Positions 22,588-37,697 of a stretch of 64,000 nt of DNA are shown here, one piece after another. The DNA lies in NCBI GenBank assembly GCA_009103225.1, contig RHPI01000772.1, positions 77,108 through 141,107 on the forward strand, written 5' to 3'. Numbering within the stretch: position 1 is the first letter of the stretch; each line of letters begins with the position of its first letter. Origin of the DNA: Chlorokybus atmophyticus (taxonomy: Eukaryota > Plantae > Mesostigma and Chlorokybus algae). The notes under the pieces are model-generated. The model was not told the origin of the DNA. It ran no database searches and saw only the letters and a program-made list of their open reading frames with translations. Position numbers and translations under genes: made by a program.

Positions 22588-25332
22588 ATGCAGGGTGGTG
22601 TGGGTGTGAGTGAGGACGTGTTGAGCACGCCTTTGGGTGCTGCGCTAGCCGTGAGCACGAGGAATACAAGTCACAGTGGTGGTGGTGCACCTCCTCTTCC
22701 TCCTCTTCCACCTCCTGGTGCTCAACCTTCTCTCCCTCCTCTCCCACCACTCCAATGTTCTCTTCCACCTCTTGCACCCTCGCTTCCTCCTCTACCTCTG
22801 CCTCCGCTACCGAACAACACACACTACCACACAGATCCCAACATGGCGGCATTGCGAGAGCTCGTTGCACGCGGATCGCCCATCCATGGTGGGTTGGTTG
22901 TTGCAGTTGCTGTTGCTGCTGCTGCCGCTGCTGCTGTCGTGTGCGCGTGTGTGTACATGTTGTGTACATGTTGTGCACAACATGTTTGGATTGTTGTGTC
23001 TATGAAGGTGAGGCCTTGCACGGGTTTGTCACGGTGGTTGCGGGTACTCCCTTGTCCGAGTCGACAACCCAACATCAGCATCTCAGAAGCATGCACGCAG
23101 CTCACAACACCAACGACACCAACGACACCAACGACATGCACAACGGCGACGACAGCAATGCCGTCAACCACACGACCGACAACCCGTACCTGGCGGCCAT
23201 GTGGGAGATCATGTTGGCTTTGGGCGAATCGCTACCCAAGCTGTCGGCGCATGAGAACCCGGACAATATTGCACAGGACCACCCTTTGAGCGTTGGTAAT
23301 GACTTGTTGCTGTTGCTGCATTTCTTATGTGTGTGTATGTGTGTGTGTGTGTGCGTGTGCGTGTGCGCGTGCGCACACGCACACACATGTGCTTCTCAAC
23401 CAGATGTAGTGTCTCCTCACGGGCGTGGCCGCACAGCGGGTACGAGCGCCATCCAACAAGCCGATGCGGACCTCAGCAACCTGCAAGAAGAGGTATGGTT
23501 GTGTCTTCATGCATTGGCTTAGATAATCTTCAGGCACATGTTGCAACTGAGCTTGATGAAATTTTATCTCACAACATATGTTGGGTTTTGTTTGCTTCTT
23601 ATTCTGCTGTTATCACAGGTCAAAGCGGCGTGCAAGCAAGTCGGGCAGCAGTTTTATGAAACCGTCGAGCGCTTTCTGGTATGCAACACTTGTGTGACAG
23701 TGATGAAGTTGTCCCCACCGATAGGTTGCAAGTGTGATTGAAAAGAGATACAACGTAAACGTATTGCTCAGGGTGTTTGTATGTGTTGCGACTTGTTGTT
23801 GTGCGTGTACACAGAATAGTACATGTGTGTGCAGCATCTGCTCCCGACGAGCGTGCAGGACTCAGCCACGCCAGGGAAGGGGCTCGCGGTGGCAGCCGCA
23901 GCCGTATTGCAGGTGGGAATGAGATTGCAGGTGGTGTGTAACTTGTTGTTGTTGTTGTTGTATGCAAACACTCCTCTTTACTGCATTTCAGGGGCAGGCC
24001 CTGTTTATCCGGATACACGATGCAGTCGAGCGCCAAAAGAATGAGCTTCACAACAACAACAATGATAACATTACCACCATCAGCACAATCACTACCAACA
24101 CCAACATTGACAACGGTGCTTTAGTAAACGCAACCAACAGAGAAAAGACCAGCCCCACACACCAAGAGCCCAACAACAACAATGACGAAGATGACATTAA
24201 CGACGACAATGACATTGACAATGACCATGACAACGACAACAATGACGATGATGATGAAGATTATGAAGCAGAAGAGGAGGAAGAAGAAGAAGAGGAGGAG
24301 GAAGAAGATGATGGTGCGGACGATGAGGACTATGAAGGGGAGTCGCACAAAGGTGGAGGTGGAGGTGGAGGTGGTGGTGGTGATGGTTCACGTGACGTGC
24401 GTGTGTCTGCGGGAAGGCCAGGACGCGGACTGCCCGTGCGAGCCGTGCGGACGCTACGCGCGTGGCTGTTCAACCACTTCCTGCACCCGTAAGGGAGCAG
24501 CACAACAACAACAACACCAACACCAACACCAACACCAACACCAACAACAACAACATCAACACCAACAACACCAACAACAGCAGCAGCAGCGACCATGTCG
24601 TGTTGGTTTGAAGTGCAGAGGGTGTAGTAACGTTGCGTCTGGATTTCCTGTTAGGTATCCGGGGCAGAGCGATAAAGTGCGCATGGTTAGAGAGACGGAC
24701 TTGTCGAGAGTCCAGGTGAGTGGTTATTCGTGTTGCTGTTGCTGTTGTTCAACACATGTTGTTGCGAATGTGATTGCTGATTGCTGCTGCTTCTTTTGTG
24801 GTTTTGCTCCTTGTATTGCTGTTGCTGTTGTTCAGCACAAGTTGTTGCTAAACAGCTAATGTTGCTGCTGCTACCGTTGCTGTTGCAAAGTGCAGAGAGT
24901 ACCATCTGCCATTCTGATTGTCAGTGACTGACGTGTTGTATCCTTTGCATCCACCAGGTGTCCAACTGGTTCATCAACGCACGCGTCCGTCTCTGGCGCC
25001 CTCTCATCCTCGAGCTCTGCGGCGACAAGGCTTCCCACCCGCGAAGACCTACCAAGCGAACCTCAGGACAAGACAAGGACAAGGACAAGGACGAACAACA
25101 CAACAACAACAAGGACGAGAAGGAGGATGCCAACAACAAGATTAGTAACAGCAATGGTACGGATGAGGTGGCGCATCGGTGTAAGCGCAAGCGAGCGCAG
25201 CGCAAGTCGGCCGTCCATTGCAGGAGAGAGGCTGCCAAGAGGTTGACAACGCACGTGAGCGAGCCCGCGTCGTACGATACGATACCCACACGCAGCTCGC
25301 CACGCTTCCAACAGAACCAACACAGCCAGTAA
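22588..25332 (+). CDS. BLH: BELL-class TALE homeodomain transcription factor with POX (SKY+BELL) domain
   Basis: Exons 22588-22888, 23008-23295, 23404-23492, 23619-23678, 23835-23912, 23992-24488, 24655-24715 and 24958-25332, all with GT-AG introns. Homeodomain RPGRGLPVRAVRTLRAWLFNHFLHP|YPGQSDKVRMVRETDLSRVQ|VSNWFINARVRLWRP. SKY-like NPYLAAMWEIM; BELL-like LQEE|VKAACKQ and FIRIHDAVERQ. The true 5' end and the last exon are uncertain. Confidence 0.92.
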
Positions 25333-26024
25333 AGCCAACACAGCCAAAGCCAGCAGAGCCAACAGCAGCAGGCGAGACGGTAGCCAAGGGCAAAGGTTGT
25401 GGTGTTATTGTATGGTGTTTACCATCCGGAGGGCGAGAGAACAGTACAAGTGCACGTGAGTGCATGTGCTATATTTATTTCGTTAATGCACGTATAGGGC
25501 CACTGCACATGTAGCGGGATGTAGCTGCATAATGTAGCTGCAAAATGTAGCAGCATGATTGCAATTGATGTGAGATGCATGCCAACAGTAGCCAAACGTA
25601 TCACTTCATATGATGATGGTAGCGCCTCTGTTGCAATGTTGACATGAGATACATGTCAGCCCGCACATACCAATTGACATGGATCCGCACATCACTTGCA
25701 ACTTGTTGCATCAGTGAGCCACACATGTGGGGACGGTATGCTGCGCACATGCACTCACACGCGCACGTGCACGCGCGCGCACATGCACAGGTTCATACCC
25801 ACATCAGCACATGAGCACACAACACCTCATCACAACCAAGCCTTGTGTACACGCGGTAAGTATTACTTAACCCGCTGCTACGCTACTACTTCAATCGCTG
25901 CTGTGCAGCCCCTTTATGCCTCTCCCAAATGCCTAATGGTGATGCTGATGATGTTGACATGAAGTTCACATTGAGTCCATGTTGGGTTAATGGGGATTAT
26001 ACGCTGTCTTTCTCTCTTTCCCTC

Positions 26025-26727
26025 TCAGTCCTTTTTCCCCCCCGTCACGTTCGGCGCCGGCTTATTGATCAGCGACTTGTGGATGTGCGGTATGACCCCC
26101 CCTCCCGCGATGGTCGCCTTGATGAGGGTGTCGAGCTCCTCGTCCCCGCGGATCGCCAGCTGCAAGTGACGGGGGGTGATGCGCTTGACTTTCAAATCCT
26201 TGGAGGCGTTGCCGGCGAGCTCGAGGACCTGAGGGGGAGGGGGAGAAACAAGATGTAGAGGTGTAACATGTCACACTCAGACGCGCGCACGTACATACCC
26301 ACAGGCACCACATGCAGAAAGTTCGCATGCGCCTAGTCCTTCACATGTGTGCACGTGCGACTTTGCATGCGAGCGCGCACGCACGTGCACTCGGAGTACG
26401 CAACCAGTGCCAACCATAAGGCAGGCTCCCGCTCACATACGGCAACGAAATTCGGCACCCCGACACCCACACTCTTCCTCTCACCTCCGCCGTGAGGTAC
26501 TCCAGTATGGCCGCCGAGTACACCGCCGCGGTCGCCCCGACCCTCCCGTTGGTGCTGACTCTGCTCTTGAGTATGCGGTGGATGCGTCCGACGGGGAACT
26601 GCAGTCCCGCGCGGGAGGAGCGCGACACGGGCTTCTTCTTGTCTTTGTTAGAAGGGTCGGAGGAGCCGGCGGGGACAACGCCCTTGCTGACGAGACCCTT
26701 GGCGCCCTTGCCGCCCTTGCCAGACAT
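26025..26727 (-). CDS. H2AZ: Histone variant H2A.Z
   Basis: Exons 26727-26485 and 26228-26025. [17 protein letters not shown]...LEYLTAE|[37 protein letters not shown] is H2A.Z-diagnostic. 148 aa. Confidence 0.97.
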
Positions 26728-29010
26728 GGTGGAGGTGGCTGATCAGTGTGTGTGGGCTATTGTGTTGTTGGGATGATGCTGCTTGCGATGGTGGTGCTTC
26801 TCTCTCTTTGGTGCTTCTCCTGGTGTCTCCTGCTGGTGAAGGCAACTTGGCAGCTGCGTAGCTGCTGCTTCCTTGAGGTAGAGAGATGGAGACTCTGAGC
26901 TTCTGAGAGCCTCTTTTGCTCGCTCTTGCTCGCTCGGTTTGGGTTTGATTGAGAAGTTGCTGTGCTTCTGGTCAACACCTGTGTTCGAGTGCAGACAGGC
27001 ACTCAGTGTGTGCTGTGCTGCTGGTGGTGTGCCCGCTTGCAGAGGAATTGGAAGAGAAAGAGAAAGAGAAAAGGAGAGCGAGTGCAGAAGTCTAGGTATA
27101 TGGGTATGGTAATGGTGCAACCTCAGCAGTGGCAGCATTGCACGAGTGACGACGTACTGTACTGCATGACAGTATGCAATCCGATGAGTACGCTACGCCT
27201 GGTATATCCAGTGCGAATGTGTCCACAAACCATGCACACGTGCGCGCACATGCAAGCAGAGACATACACACAAAAGCACGCACACGAACACACAGAGCTT
27301 AGGCCCTTCAGCTTGCTGCATGCCATGCCATGCCATGCCATGCCTGGCCAGCCCCGCCCTGGCCCTGCCCGCCCAGGAATAAGGCGCTGCAGCTACACAA
27401 ATTCTGGCTTGAGCTGACGCTATAATGCCAGCGCACCTACACACGCACGCGCCTGTCGTTTGGGCCAGAAAACTCCTCACACACAGCTAATCTTGTCGTT
27501 GTGAAACCAGACACTGGGGGGTGGTTGCCCTCGCAGCAGAAACCCCGCAAAACGCACAAGCGAAAACGACACAGCAGGAAAACGTTCCCCCATGGCACCT
27601 GACTGGCAGCTGCGGAGCGGATGGGGCCACGCGCTTCCTGTACGCCCGCGCTCACGCCGACAACGACACCGCCGCCGCCGACGAGCCCGCCCAACGACAA
27701 CCGACCGACGACGTGCAGCAGCAGAGGGGCGGGCGGGCGCGGGAAAACCAAACACTACATTATTGAAAAAAACCATAAGGCTCTGCCCTCGCTATAAGAG
27801 CCTGCCCGCGAACAGACGTACACCCTGTGTGATCATCAGTGCTGTGGTGACTCGCAACACAACTTGTGAGCAAGATCAATTTTTGATCATGATCGTGCGC
27901 ACTAGTTTATGAAATCTGAACTTGTAAGTCACGTGTAATGACTCACAAGTTCATCATAATTCGTAAACTGTACATGCATGAAGCTGGATGCTGCAATTGA
28001 CAACGATGTCTTGTTGTAAACCACACGTGGATAATGCGGAACAACGGAACGAGGTATAACGAGGTATTACGTACAAGTGCATGATCAACAGACGGCATAA
28101 TGCATGACACTTCAGTTACATTCGTTTTGTGCGCCATTGCATTAGAAAACATGCTGCTGTATGTAGCATACAGATACTGACGGTTTATCTGATATGCATG
28201 TAGCTCTGTGCTTGGAATGTGCTCTTATCTAATTATGATTATGGTTATATAATCCCGCACGTGTTTGCTGATATAAACATATCATTACATTTTGCTTTTA
28301 GATGAGACCCTTACACAAGATCTAATTACTTTTATCAAGGCAACATAACGCTGGTACGACCAAAATACAACCCTCACTGTTATTATATTAGCAGGATACT
28401 TAAAATTGCGAATAGAATAACCCCGTTATTATATTGTATCTTATAGAAACAGTGTCTGCTTATAAAGTTTTTTAGCAATTCAGGTGAACTTATTCCTTTG
28501 AACACTATGTAGTTGACATATTCCTGGTGCGTAGCTAAGAATGCATATAAATTGACCATATTATTGAAGTACGAGGGCTAGATTACGGTAAATTCAGCGT
28601 GGATAGGTTGTACTACGGAGAGATGATTCTCTCCTTCGTACGTGTAAATTCTTATATCTTGCATTATTCTGCATGCAACACACTACAAGCGCAATAACAA
28701 TGATATTGCCTTCACTCTCTTCATTGGAAGGACGTAAATGCATATATCGCAATTATGTCATAGCGGATACTTGAAGAAACTTTGCGTACTTATATACGCA
28801 TGTTGTTCAGAAGTTGACACAAGGGTAAGCATGAACGTGCATATATTGTGTATCAACATTCATTACAAGCAATTCCTAGCAAGATTGCTATGAAAAGAGC
28901 GGTTACTGACACTTGCAATACAATCTCACCAGCAACTCACCATAACACTTCTCGCAACAGGCAATGCATGTTGCTTTACAACACATTGCAGACTCACACA
29001 AATGCATGTG

Positions 29011-30128
29011 TCACGACGACAAAGGTGAAGCGGAGTCGTTGTTGCCAAAGTCGCGCTCTATGCAGGCGAGCACGTGGTCATGCATCTGGTCCACGGCCGC
29101 AGGGAACGACCCCGCAGTCAGACGCACAACGGCCACGCCGCGGTCCTCATAAGAAAGCAAGTAATCCTACGAGAAGGATCGTTAAACATCCAACACTGAG
29201 AATAGAAGTTGGACGAGCAGGACTGGTTTGTTGGGTTGGCATGCTGCAACAATTCTTATACATGCACCTCAGTGCACAACACGCACAGCACACACGCATG
29301 CGCGTGCGTGCGCGCGCACACGCACATCACATACACCCACCTGTATCTCCCGCATGCGCGCCAGCAGTCGTTCCTTCATCCCTCCTCTTCCCCCATCTTC
29401 CCCACCCTCCTGACTCACACCGCTATTCCCTCCACCATCTCCGACAGAACCGCCACCCCCGCCGTGATGGTGGTGGTACCGCGTGGCGATCCAGTCGTCC
29501 ACCAGCAGCGCGTGGTCGGACTCGGACATCGCGAGGACAAAGGGAACGACGATACCTCTGGAGGATGTTGTTGGTGGTGGTGGTGGCATGAGTCTGTCTT
29601 CGTTGCTGTTGTTGTTGTTGTTATTGGTGGTGGTGGTGGTGGTGGTGATGTTGTCACCCTCTTTGGCACCGCTCGTGCTCGGCTTGCTGCTGCTGTCGTT
29701 GTTCTCACCTTCTTTGTGCCCCTCCTCACTGTGGTTGCGCGTGTGCGTGTCGTTGTGCTGCTCGGTGGTGCTGGTGTGGTTGTGGGTGCTGGCATCGTTG
29801 TTGTGGGTGTTTGGCTCGGCGCCGTCGGGCTGGTCCTGGGCAGGTAGGACGTTGAGGTATATGCCCGGGTCGAGGTGGAGGCCCTCCATGATGATGGGCT
29901 TGCCGTCCGACACGCACTTGTCCAGATCTCCCTCCACACCTGCATGACACAGTGGACACATCAAGTAGAGACGCACACGTACACACAACAACCGCTCCAG
30001 TCCACACTTGCCTTTGCGCACGACGCGGCACTCCCGTCTATACTCGTCCACGAGCGCCGCCCCACTCAACTCCGGCCGATCCCACAACGCCTCCCGCGCC
30101 AACGGCGCCCTGCATCACATCCACACAA

Positions 30129-30161
<33 letters not shown>

Positions 30162-31373
30162 GGTCATCTCTTTTATGATGATGACAACAGCAACAACAAC
30201 AACAGCTCACCCTTCAGTTGCGCGCAGGAGTTCGTATACGAGGTCCGTCTGCAGCACGTTGGGCAGGTTGAGTCGCTGCGCGAGGTGGGTGGCAAGCGTG
30301 GACTTGCCGCTGCACGCGCTGCCGCACACAACAACCACGAGCGGCGCCCTCGCGTGATGAAACCTGATATGTTGTTGTTGTTGTTGTGGTGGTGGTGGTG
30401 TGATGTGTGTGATGGCGAGACTAGTGCTTGCCTTGTCATCATGCGGTAGCGTGAGATGTACTCGGCCCCGAAGCCTCGTCGCTCCATCACCTGTGTAATT
30501 GTTGTGTTGTTGCTATGTGCTTATGTGAAAGAGAGTACACTCACACTGAAACAGGCGTCAAGTGTCATACGGAGAGTGTCTTTCTGTATGTCTTTTGCTT
30601 GCCTTGAAGAGGTTGGACTCAAGGTCGGACTGTGACCTGCACCACATGATATGGATAACAAAGATGGGAGACCAAAGAGAAAGATGATAAAGATGTTGCG
30701 TACTTGTTGTGATGTGAATCGTTTGATACGCATACAAGCACACGCGACACTAATGAAACGCGAGTGCAGATTGTGGTGTGCAAGAAGGCTAAACCTGATT
30801 GCAGTAGTGGATAGTACGATGCGACAGCAACGGCAACGACAACAACAACAACATCAGCGTTGACAGCAACGAGAGTGACGTACACGTCCAGGAGATTGTT
30901 GTCGACCATGAGCTTCTTGAGCTCGAGGGCGATCTTGACGGCGCTTTCGCTCGGGATCTGATCAGGTTAGGCAACTGTTTATCAACAAGCACATTGCATG
31001 TCTGTCTGTTTGTGTGCTTGCCTACCTTTGTGACTGTGAGTGTGCGGGAGAGGAGGAAGCGCGACAGCACGTAGTAGTGGTCAGAGTGCTGGCCCAACCA
31101 CACACGCACCTGTTTCATGGCGCATACGCATGTGTGGGTGGGGTTAAGCATACTTGAGCGTGTGCATGCATATGAACAATTGCACCTGTGCGCATACGCA
31201 CATGCGCACACGCACACGCATGCACATGGACTCGCGAAGCATACATGCGCAAGTGTCCTTGCGCAAGGCACGCGTGCATGCCTTGCACTGAAATGTGCAT
31301 GTGCCTGCGCATGCGCATGCATGTACCTGTCAGTGTGTGTATGCAAGTGAAGGCACGTATCTTGTTGCAAGTT

Positions 31374-31410
<37 letters not shown>

Positions 31411-31798
31411 ACATTCGTTGTGCTGATAGTGATGATTTGTTTTTGGTCACCCACCAATGCAACGACATTGCGTTGGGTTGTGCATTGTGGTGAGCCAATA
31501 CACAACAACAACGAGGGATAATAACGTGAGACAACACATTATATTATGTAGCTATTGCTAAGATCACTGTTGGAAACGAGTCAAAGAATGCTTGACTCAC
31601 CTTAACAAAATCATATTTGCTGCTTGGCCGCCTGGGACTCCTCTGATTGAGCGGCGGCCTGGCGGCCTCATCCTCTCCTCCTCCCCCTCCCCGTCCTGCT
31701 CCTCCTGCTTCTTCTCCACATCCTCCTCCTCCTGCTTCGCCTCCGCCTTCTCCTCCTCCTCCAGCCCCGGACGCCGCCGCTGCGTCGTGGGAACTCAT
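29011..31798 (-). CDS. P-loop NTPase of the 2-phosphoglycerate-kinase-like plant family
   Basis: 9 exons (31798-31601, 31109-31026, 30957-30884, 30636-30603, 30490-30432, 30363-30211, 30109-30012, 29939-29341, 29166-29011). SSKYDFVK|VRVWLG..DHYYVLSRFLLSR; Walker A CGSACSGKST; DGKPIIMEGLHLDP. Three introns are GC-AG. Confidence 0.9.
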
Positions 31799-32317
31799 GC
31801 CGCCACGTGGCACACGCACACACAGGGCGCAGAGGCCAGGTGTAACTTGCAGCGTATTTGAGATGGCGCAACGTAATCCTCGTAATTCGCACCTCGTATA
31901 CCAGATGACGTAACCCAAAGGCAAAGGGAAGATACAATTAGGAAGATGAAGTTGTGTCGTGGAAGTTCCGTCACTTGATCGGGCGCTGGCGTTACTTAAC
32001 AGTGGAACGGACTGAATGGATTCCAAAGCTACCTCACATGTGTGCGTTTGCTTGTGAGATTTGTACTACAGCGTCTTGCACGCACAGGGGCTGGCCCACA
32101 TGCATCAGCTTTTGAAGCTGCTGTTGTTAACACTTGAGGAGAATAGTTTGTGACGTGAGCGTAACTGCATGTGTGTACAGCTGCTGTTGGTGACTTGTGT
32201 ACCCGTGCATGTGTGCTGATCCAGGCACAGTTGCATCAGGGCCAGAGAGGAGTTGTATTGTGCGTGTGTACTCATAGTTGTTGGGCATCTTTATATAGTC
32301 CGACCCAAGAACACACG

Positions 32318-33494
<1,177 letters not shown>

Positions 33495-34072
33495 ACGCAG
33501 ACACAAGGACGGCAGGAGGGCGTGCTGCACAATGTGTCTGAGTGCAACCCCTGTCCCTGTGCCTCCTAATGGATGACGCAATACGTATTGGACAACTGTG
33601 TGCTAAAGGCGGGCCAAGAATGCCCATACTGCAATTGGCAATCTTAATCGTCTGTCTGAGAGTGTGAACAAGCAACCAGCAATAAGTCAAACGTGATTGG
33701 TGCGATGGTAGTGGTAACGCCCCAGGCTCCACATGTAAAGTAGTTGCGTGTACCAGAAAGTTGTACAGGATTTGCAAGAACCTGTATATGTTTGGAGTGC
33801 TCTTTCTCTTTATCCAAGTTCGTAGACACTGTGGACATGGGCATGTACCTAGTAGTCGGCTGTGCTGGTTACTAAGTTTGCCATTCATCGGTACCGGTCA
33901 TATACACAACTGAAGCAGGACACTTGCACCGTAATCTGCTTGCCGCCGCAAGCAAGAGCAGACTACTGTCGAAAGCAGTTTCAACGTAGCCCTGGCCAAC
34001 TTGTTATTGTCTCAACTGTGACTTTATGTGACGTCCAACGTCCAAGCAACTTGCATGCGCCCCCCGCCCCCC

Positions 34073-34176
34073 NNNNNNNNNNNNNNNNNNNNNNNNNNNN
34101 NNNNNNNNNNNNNNNNNNNNNNNNNNNNNNNNNNNNNNNNNNNNNNNNNNNNNNNNNNNNNNNNNNNNNNNNNNNN
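34073..34176. other. Assembly gap flanked by poly-C
   Basis: N-run between C homopolymers. Confidence 0.99.
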
Positions 34177-34483
34177 CCCCCCCCCCCCCCCCCCCCCCAA
34201 GATGTTGCGCAACTAGTGCACACGGACGCACAGCAGTGCATATGGACAATTAGCCATTGCAGCCACGAGCAGCAACAGCTACAAAACTAGCGAGACATCA
34301 CGTGTACTTCTAACAGTGTCAATCGATTCGTTCTACAAGACGGCAGTACGGACTAGCTGACAGCCAATGCAGCAAAGGGGTCGGGCTCTAAGCTATGCGC
34401 AATATTGACACAGAGCGGCATAGCTGCTGGCACACACACGCGCGTATGTATCGTTACCGTGAGTTGATGAGGCAACCCTCTTC

Positions 34484-37400
34484 TTAGTCTTTCCACTTCT
34501 TCTGCTTGGGCTCTTTTTTCCAGCCGTCGAGGTTGAAGAGCTTGCTGACTCCGCTCGGGCTGAGCATCTCGGGTGTGCTGCTGCTGCGTCTCAGAGCAGA
34601 AAGCAGCGACTTTTTGAAGGCGAGGCCGCTGGCGGTGATGCCACTCTGAGTAGCACCCGGAGACTTGGTAACGCTGGCCACACCGCCACTACCGCCATTG
34701 CTGCTCGCGGATGATGAGGACATGAGACCCAACAGAGCATTGCCTGTCGAGTTGGAAGGACGCATAGCGCGGCTATTCTCGCCAGCGTCATAGCTCGCGC
34801 CGGGGCCCAAGCCGTTCAACGACGCGGAAGGCGGGGACTGCTGCGCTATGTGGCCGGCCATCTCGCTCCGCATCAGCCAGCTGTAGCCCGCACTAGCCCA
34901 TTTCTTTGCTGTATCAAAACTGTGCGACAACACTTGCATCAGGTTTACGGCCAACCTCATGCACAACTACGCGCACAGCTGGACGCACTGGGTAAATTGC
35001 ATGGCAGCAGTCAACCATTGTCAGCTGTTGCACGCTGGTCACAAGTGGGACCAGTACACTGCATCTACCAACTAAAAACATTCAGCCAGTGCATGATGTG
35101 TAACTACTGCTGGACAACGTCACGACCACTGCGCCTGTATGCAACCAGCATTGCTGACTGCGGAGATTTCATGGTACAAGGCACTGCCAGCTAACCGCAC
35201 ACTCTGTCAGTGACATGCAATTGCGGGAACTGAACTGCAACTTAGACTGCATCACGGTGACAGCACCAGAAGCATAGACTGAACCATCACATGCACCTAG
35301 CTCAGTTGGCAACAAACTGCGCTTTGTGTCCTTCAAAAATGCATGATAGGTATGCACCACAGCAACTACACTGCCATTGCAACAACAAACATGCCGCATT
35401 GCCAAGAGAGTGAGGTGGCAATACACCATATGCTTGCACAGGCAGCAGTACACACACAGCTTTTGAGTGTTGGAAAGGAGCAGTACCTGTTTCCTGGGGC
35501 ACTCTCGTCCGCACCTCGCCTCCGCCTGACCTGATCCTCACTCGCTTCTGAGTCACGCTCAGAGTCATCCGAAAACGTGGACAGCGCGATCGACCCAGCA
35601 GAATGTCTTCGGTTGCCTGGCGCTTCAGTAAAGTTGAGGAAGTCTGCCGGGGACTCACTTCTCCGCTTTGGTGTTTCTGGGCTTGCATAGTAGCCCCGCA
35701 GCATGCCAAGTTGAGAGTCTGGTGTGGGGACGTGTGAGTATTTCCTGCGCGCCGGCGGCCTGCAATATCGCCTAAGTTAACCGGGCAAAAGCCTGAGTCA
35801 GCGCCTCAGAGAAGCGAGCATACAAAACAGAGCACACCACTCAGCAAAGTTGAAGCCCAGCCTTAACAGCGTAGTGGTAGGTGCGACGCAAACAAGCAAC
35901 GTATGGCCATTGGATGTTGGCCATGTCCGAATCTAACATAAAGCCCCATAGCTCCGTGGACTGATGATTCTGCAAGTCAAATAATGTCTGTACCAGTAAT
36001 CAACTCTGACAAGCTATAGACAACTGTAACCACCCTTCATGCATGGACTTGACTTATTGTTGCCTTGGCGAAGCAGTGCCCGTGGCTCACAAACCATTCC
36101 TAAGGTCTGGCCTTCAGCATTGCATGACGCACACAGGAAGCTACACAAGCCAGCAACAAGCATCCGCAATGCGTCTCATGCCCTGCTTCACAAGACGCTT
36201 CTCCTTGTGATGACATGACAGCTAACAGGCTCTCAACATGAATCTGTAGCAACAGTCAATGATGGACTGCTTCAGAACACTACGGGCTGATGCAAGGTGA
36301 GATGTGGCAGTTGCTCACTGCCAATCTCATCCTAATACATCAAGATGCAAAGCCGTTGTGATTCAGTGACTGCCCAGTGCTAACACCGTTTGTTAGGTCC
36401 AGACTCGACAGCTCAAGAGATACGCCAGGAAGGTAAGCGTGCTGTCCTTTGTGTTTGACATGACAGCGCTGTGCAGCAACACGACTCGGAAACCTAAAGA
36501 AGGTGAGGGTGCTGTGCTTTATGTTTGACATAACAATGCTGCAAAGCTGTGTTTACCTGGCCAGAGTGACATGACCCGGTGGGATTACTTGCATAGGTAT
36601 CCTCAGCGTCTTGTGAGCAAACATGGAGATATCCGACTCCAAGCCGTTGGCCCGTTTTATGTCAGCCACCTGTGAAGAAACGCATTTGTCACACTTTGTC
36701 ACTCAATACGCTCATGTTATCAAGACGCACGCAACAGCAACTCAGGGCACAGAAAAATATTGGCACAATATGACGACATGTTCTGCGGATAATTCATGTT
36801 TGGACACAATGCGCATTCATGTAAGTCTTGCATACTCGTACCCTGCAGTCGTACACAACAATGCAAGACATATGTATGTTGGCCGAGTCAAATATAGCCA
36901 CTGCACAGGGTCAGCTGCAAGCACAGTGTGATAAGCACTGGAGCATGATGGTTGCATGATAGGCAGGAAAGCAGCATAAGCGTAAGTATTTCACGGAAAG
37001 CACACCGCCATGCAAGGCACCGCACCCAGCTCTGTGAGGGAACACAAACTCGAGCAGTCTACTTGTTGCAGAAAACCGCAGCGGTGTTCAGCCTTCAGCG
37101 ACTTCAGCCAATGAATGCATGCAGCGTAGGATGCACAAGCTTGGGGTACAACAAGCTTACGCCAAGTGCATTGCTACAACATGATGGCAGCGTTACCGAG
37201 GTGTAAGTACTAACTGCAAGCAGTGTCTGCTTGCTGCTGGGAGTCCCAGCCTGGGACTGACGACACATGCAGCCTTACACAGTTGCAAGTGTATCTGAGA
37301 CGCAGCTTCATGCACAAACTAACTCCGTGGAAAACCATAGGTACTTGTTAAACCAGCTAGCATGGTTTGGAAATGCAGCAAGCGCTCGTCAGGTAATGCA

Positions 37401-37697
37401 CTATGGCAACGGCAAAACGCTTGCTTCCTTCCGCAAACTTACTTGCACATTGTACTTGATAGCAAGTCCCGCAAGAGTATCATAGGGCGTGACATTGTGG
37501 ATGATGAACATCTCATCCTCTGCGGCTGGAGCAGCAGCTGGCTCCTGTGCGGAGCCAGCGGGGCTGTGAACAGAGCTCTCGGCATTGGTCTCGACGTCCA
37601 CGTCCGACTCCTCCTCGTCCTCTGATTCCAAATCCCACCGCCGCCGTGCATTCTGCCAGCCCCCCGGTGACGACCTAGTGGACGCCAGCCCGCTCAT
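34484..37697 (-). CDS. Plant-type intracellular LysM-domain protein
   Basis: IIHNVTPYDTLAGLAIKYNVQ (exon ends 37443) | VADIKRANGLESDISMFAHKTLRIP (from 36669) is a LysM domain. Downstream MLRGYY (~35700) and LRRSSSTP motifs are as in plant homologs. The middle exons and the start are uncertain. Confidence 0.85.

Noticed and set aside
23962-24860. Alternative poly-Q/H and poly-T/M ORFs overlapping the BELL gene
   Set aside because: Off-frame or intronic readings of (AAC)n, (GAC)n and (GAA)n low-complexity tracts.
27437-27912. Several overlapping GC-rich ORFs upstream of H2A.Z
   Set aside because: Low-complexity Arg/Ala frames on both strands. They are better explained as a promoter or 5' UTR exon of H2A.Z.
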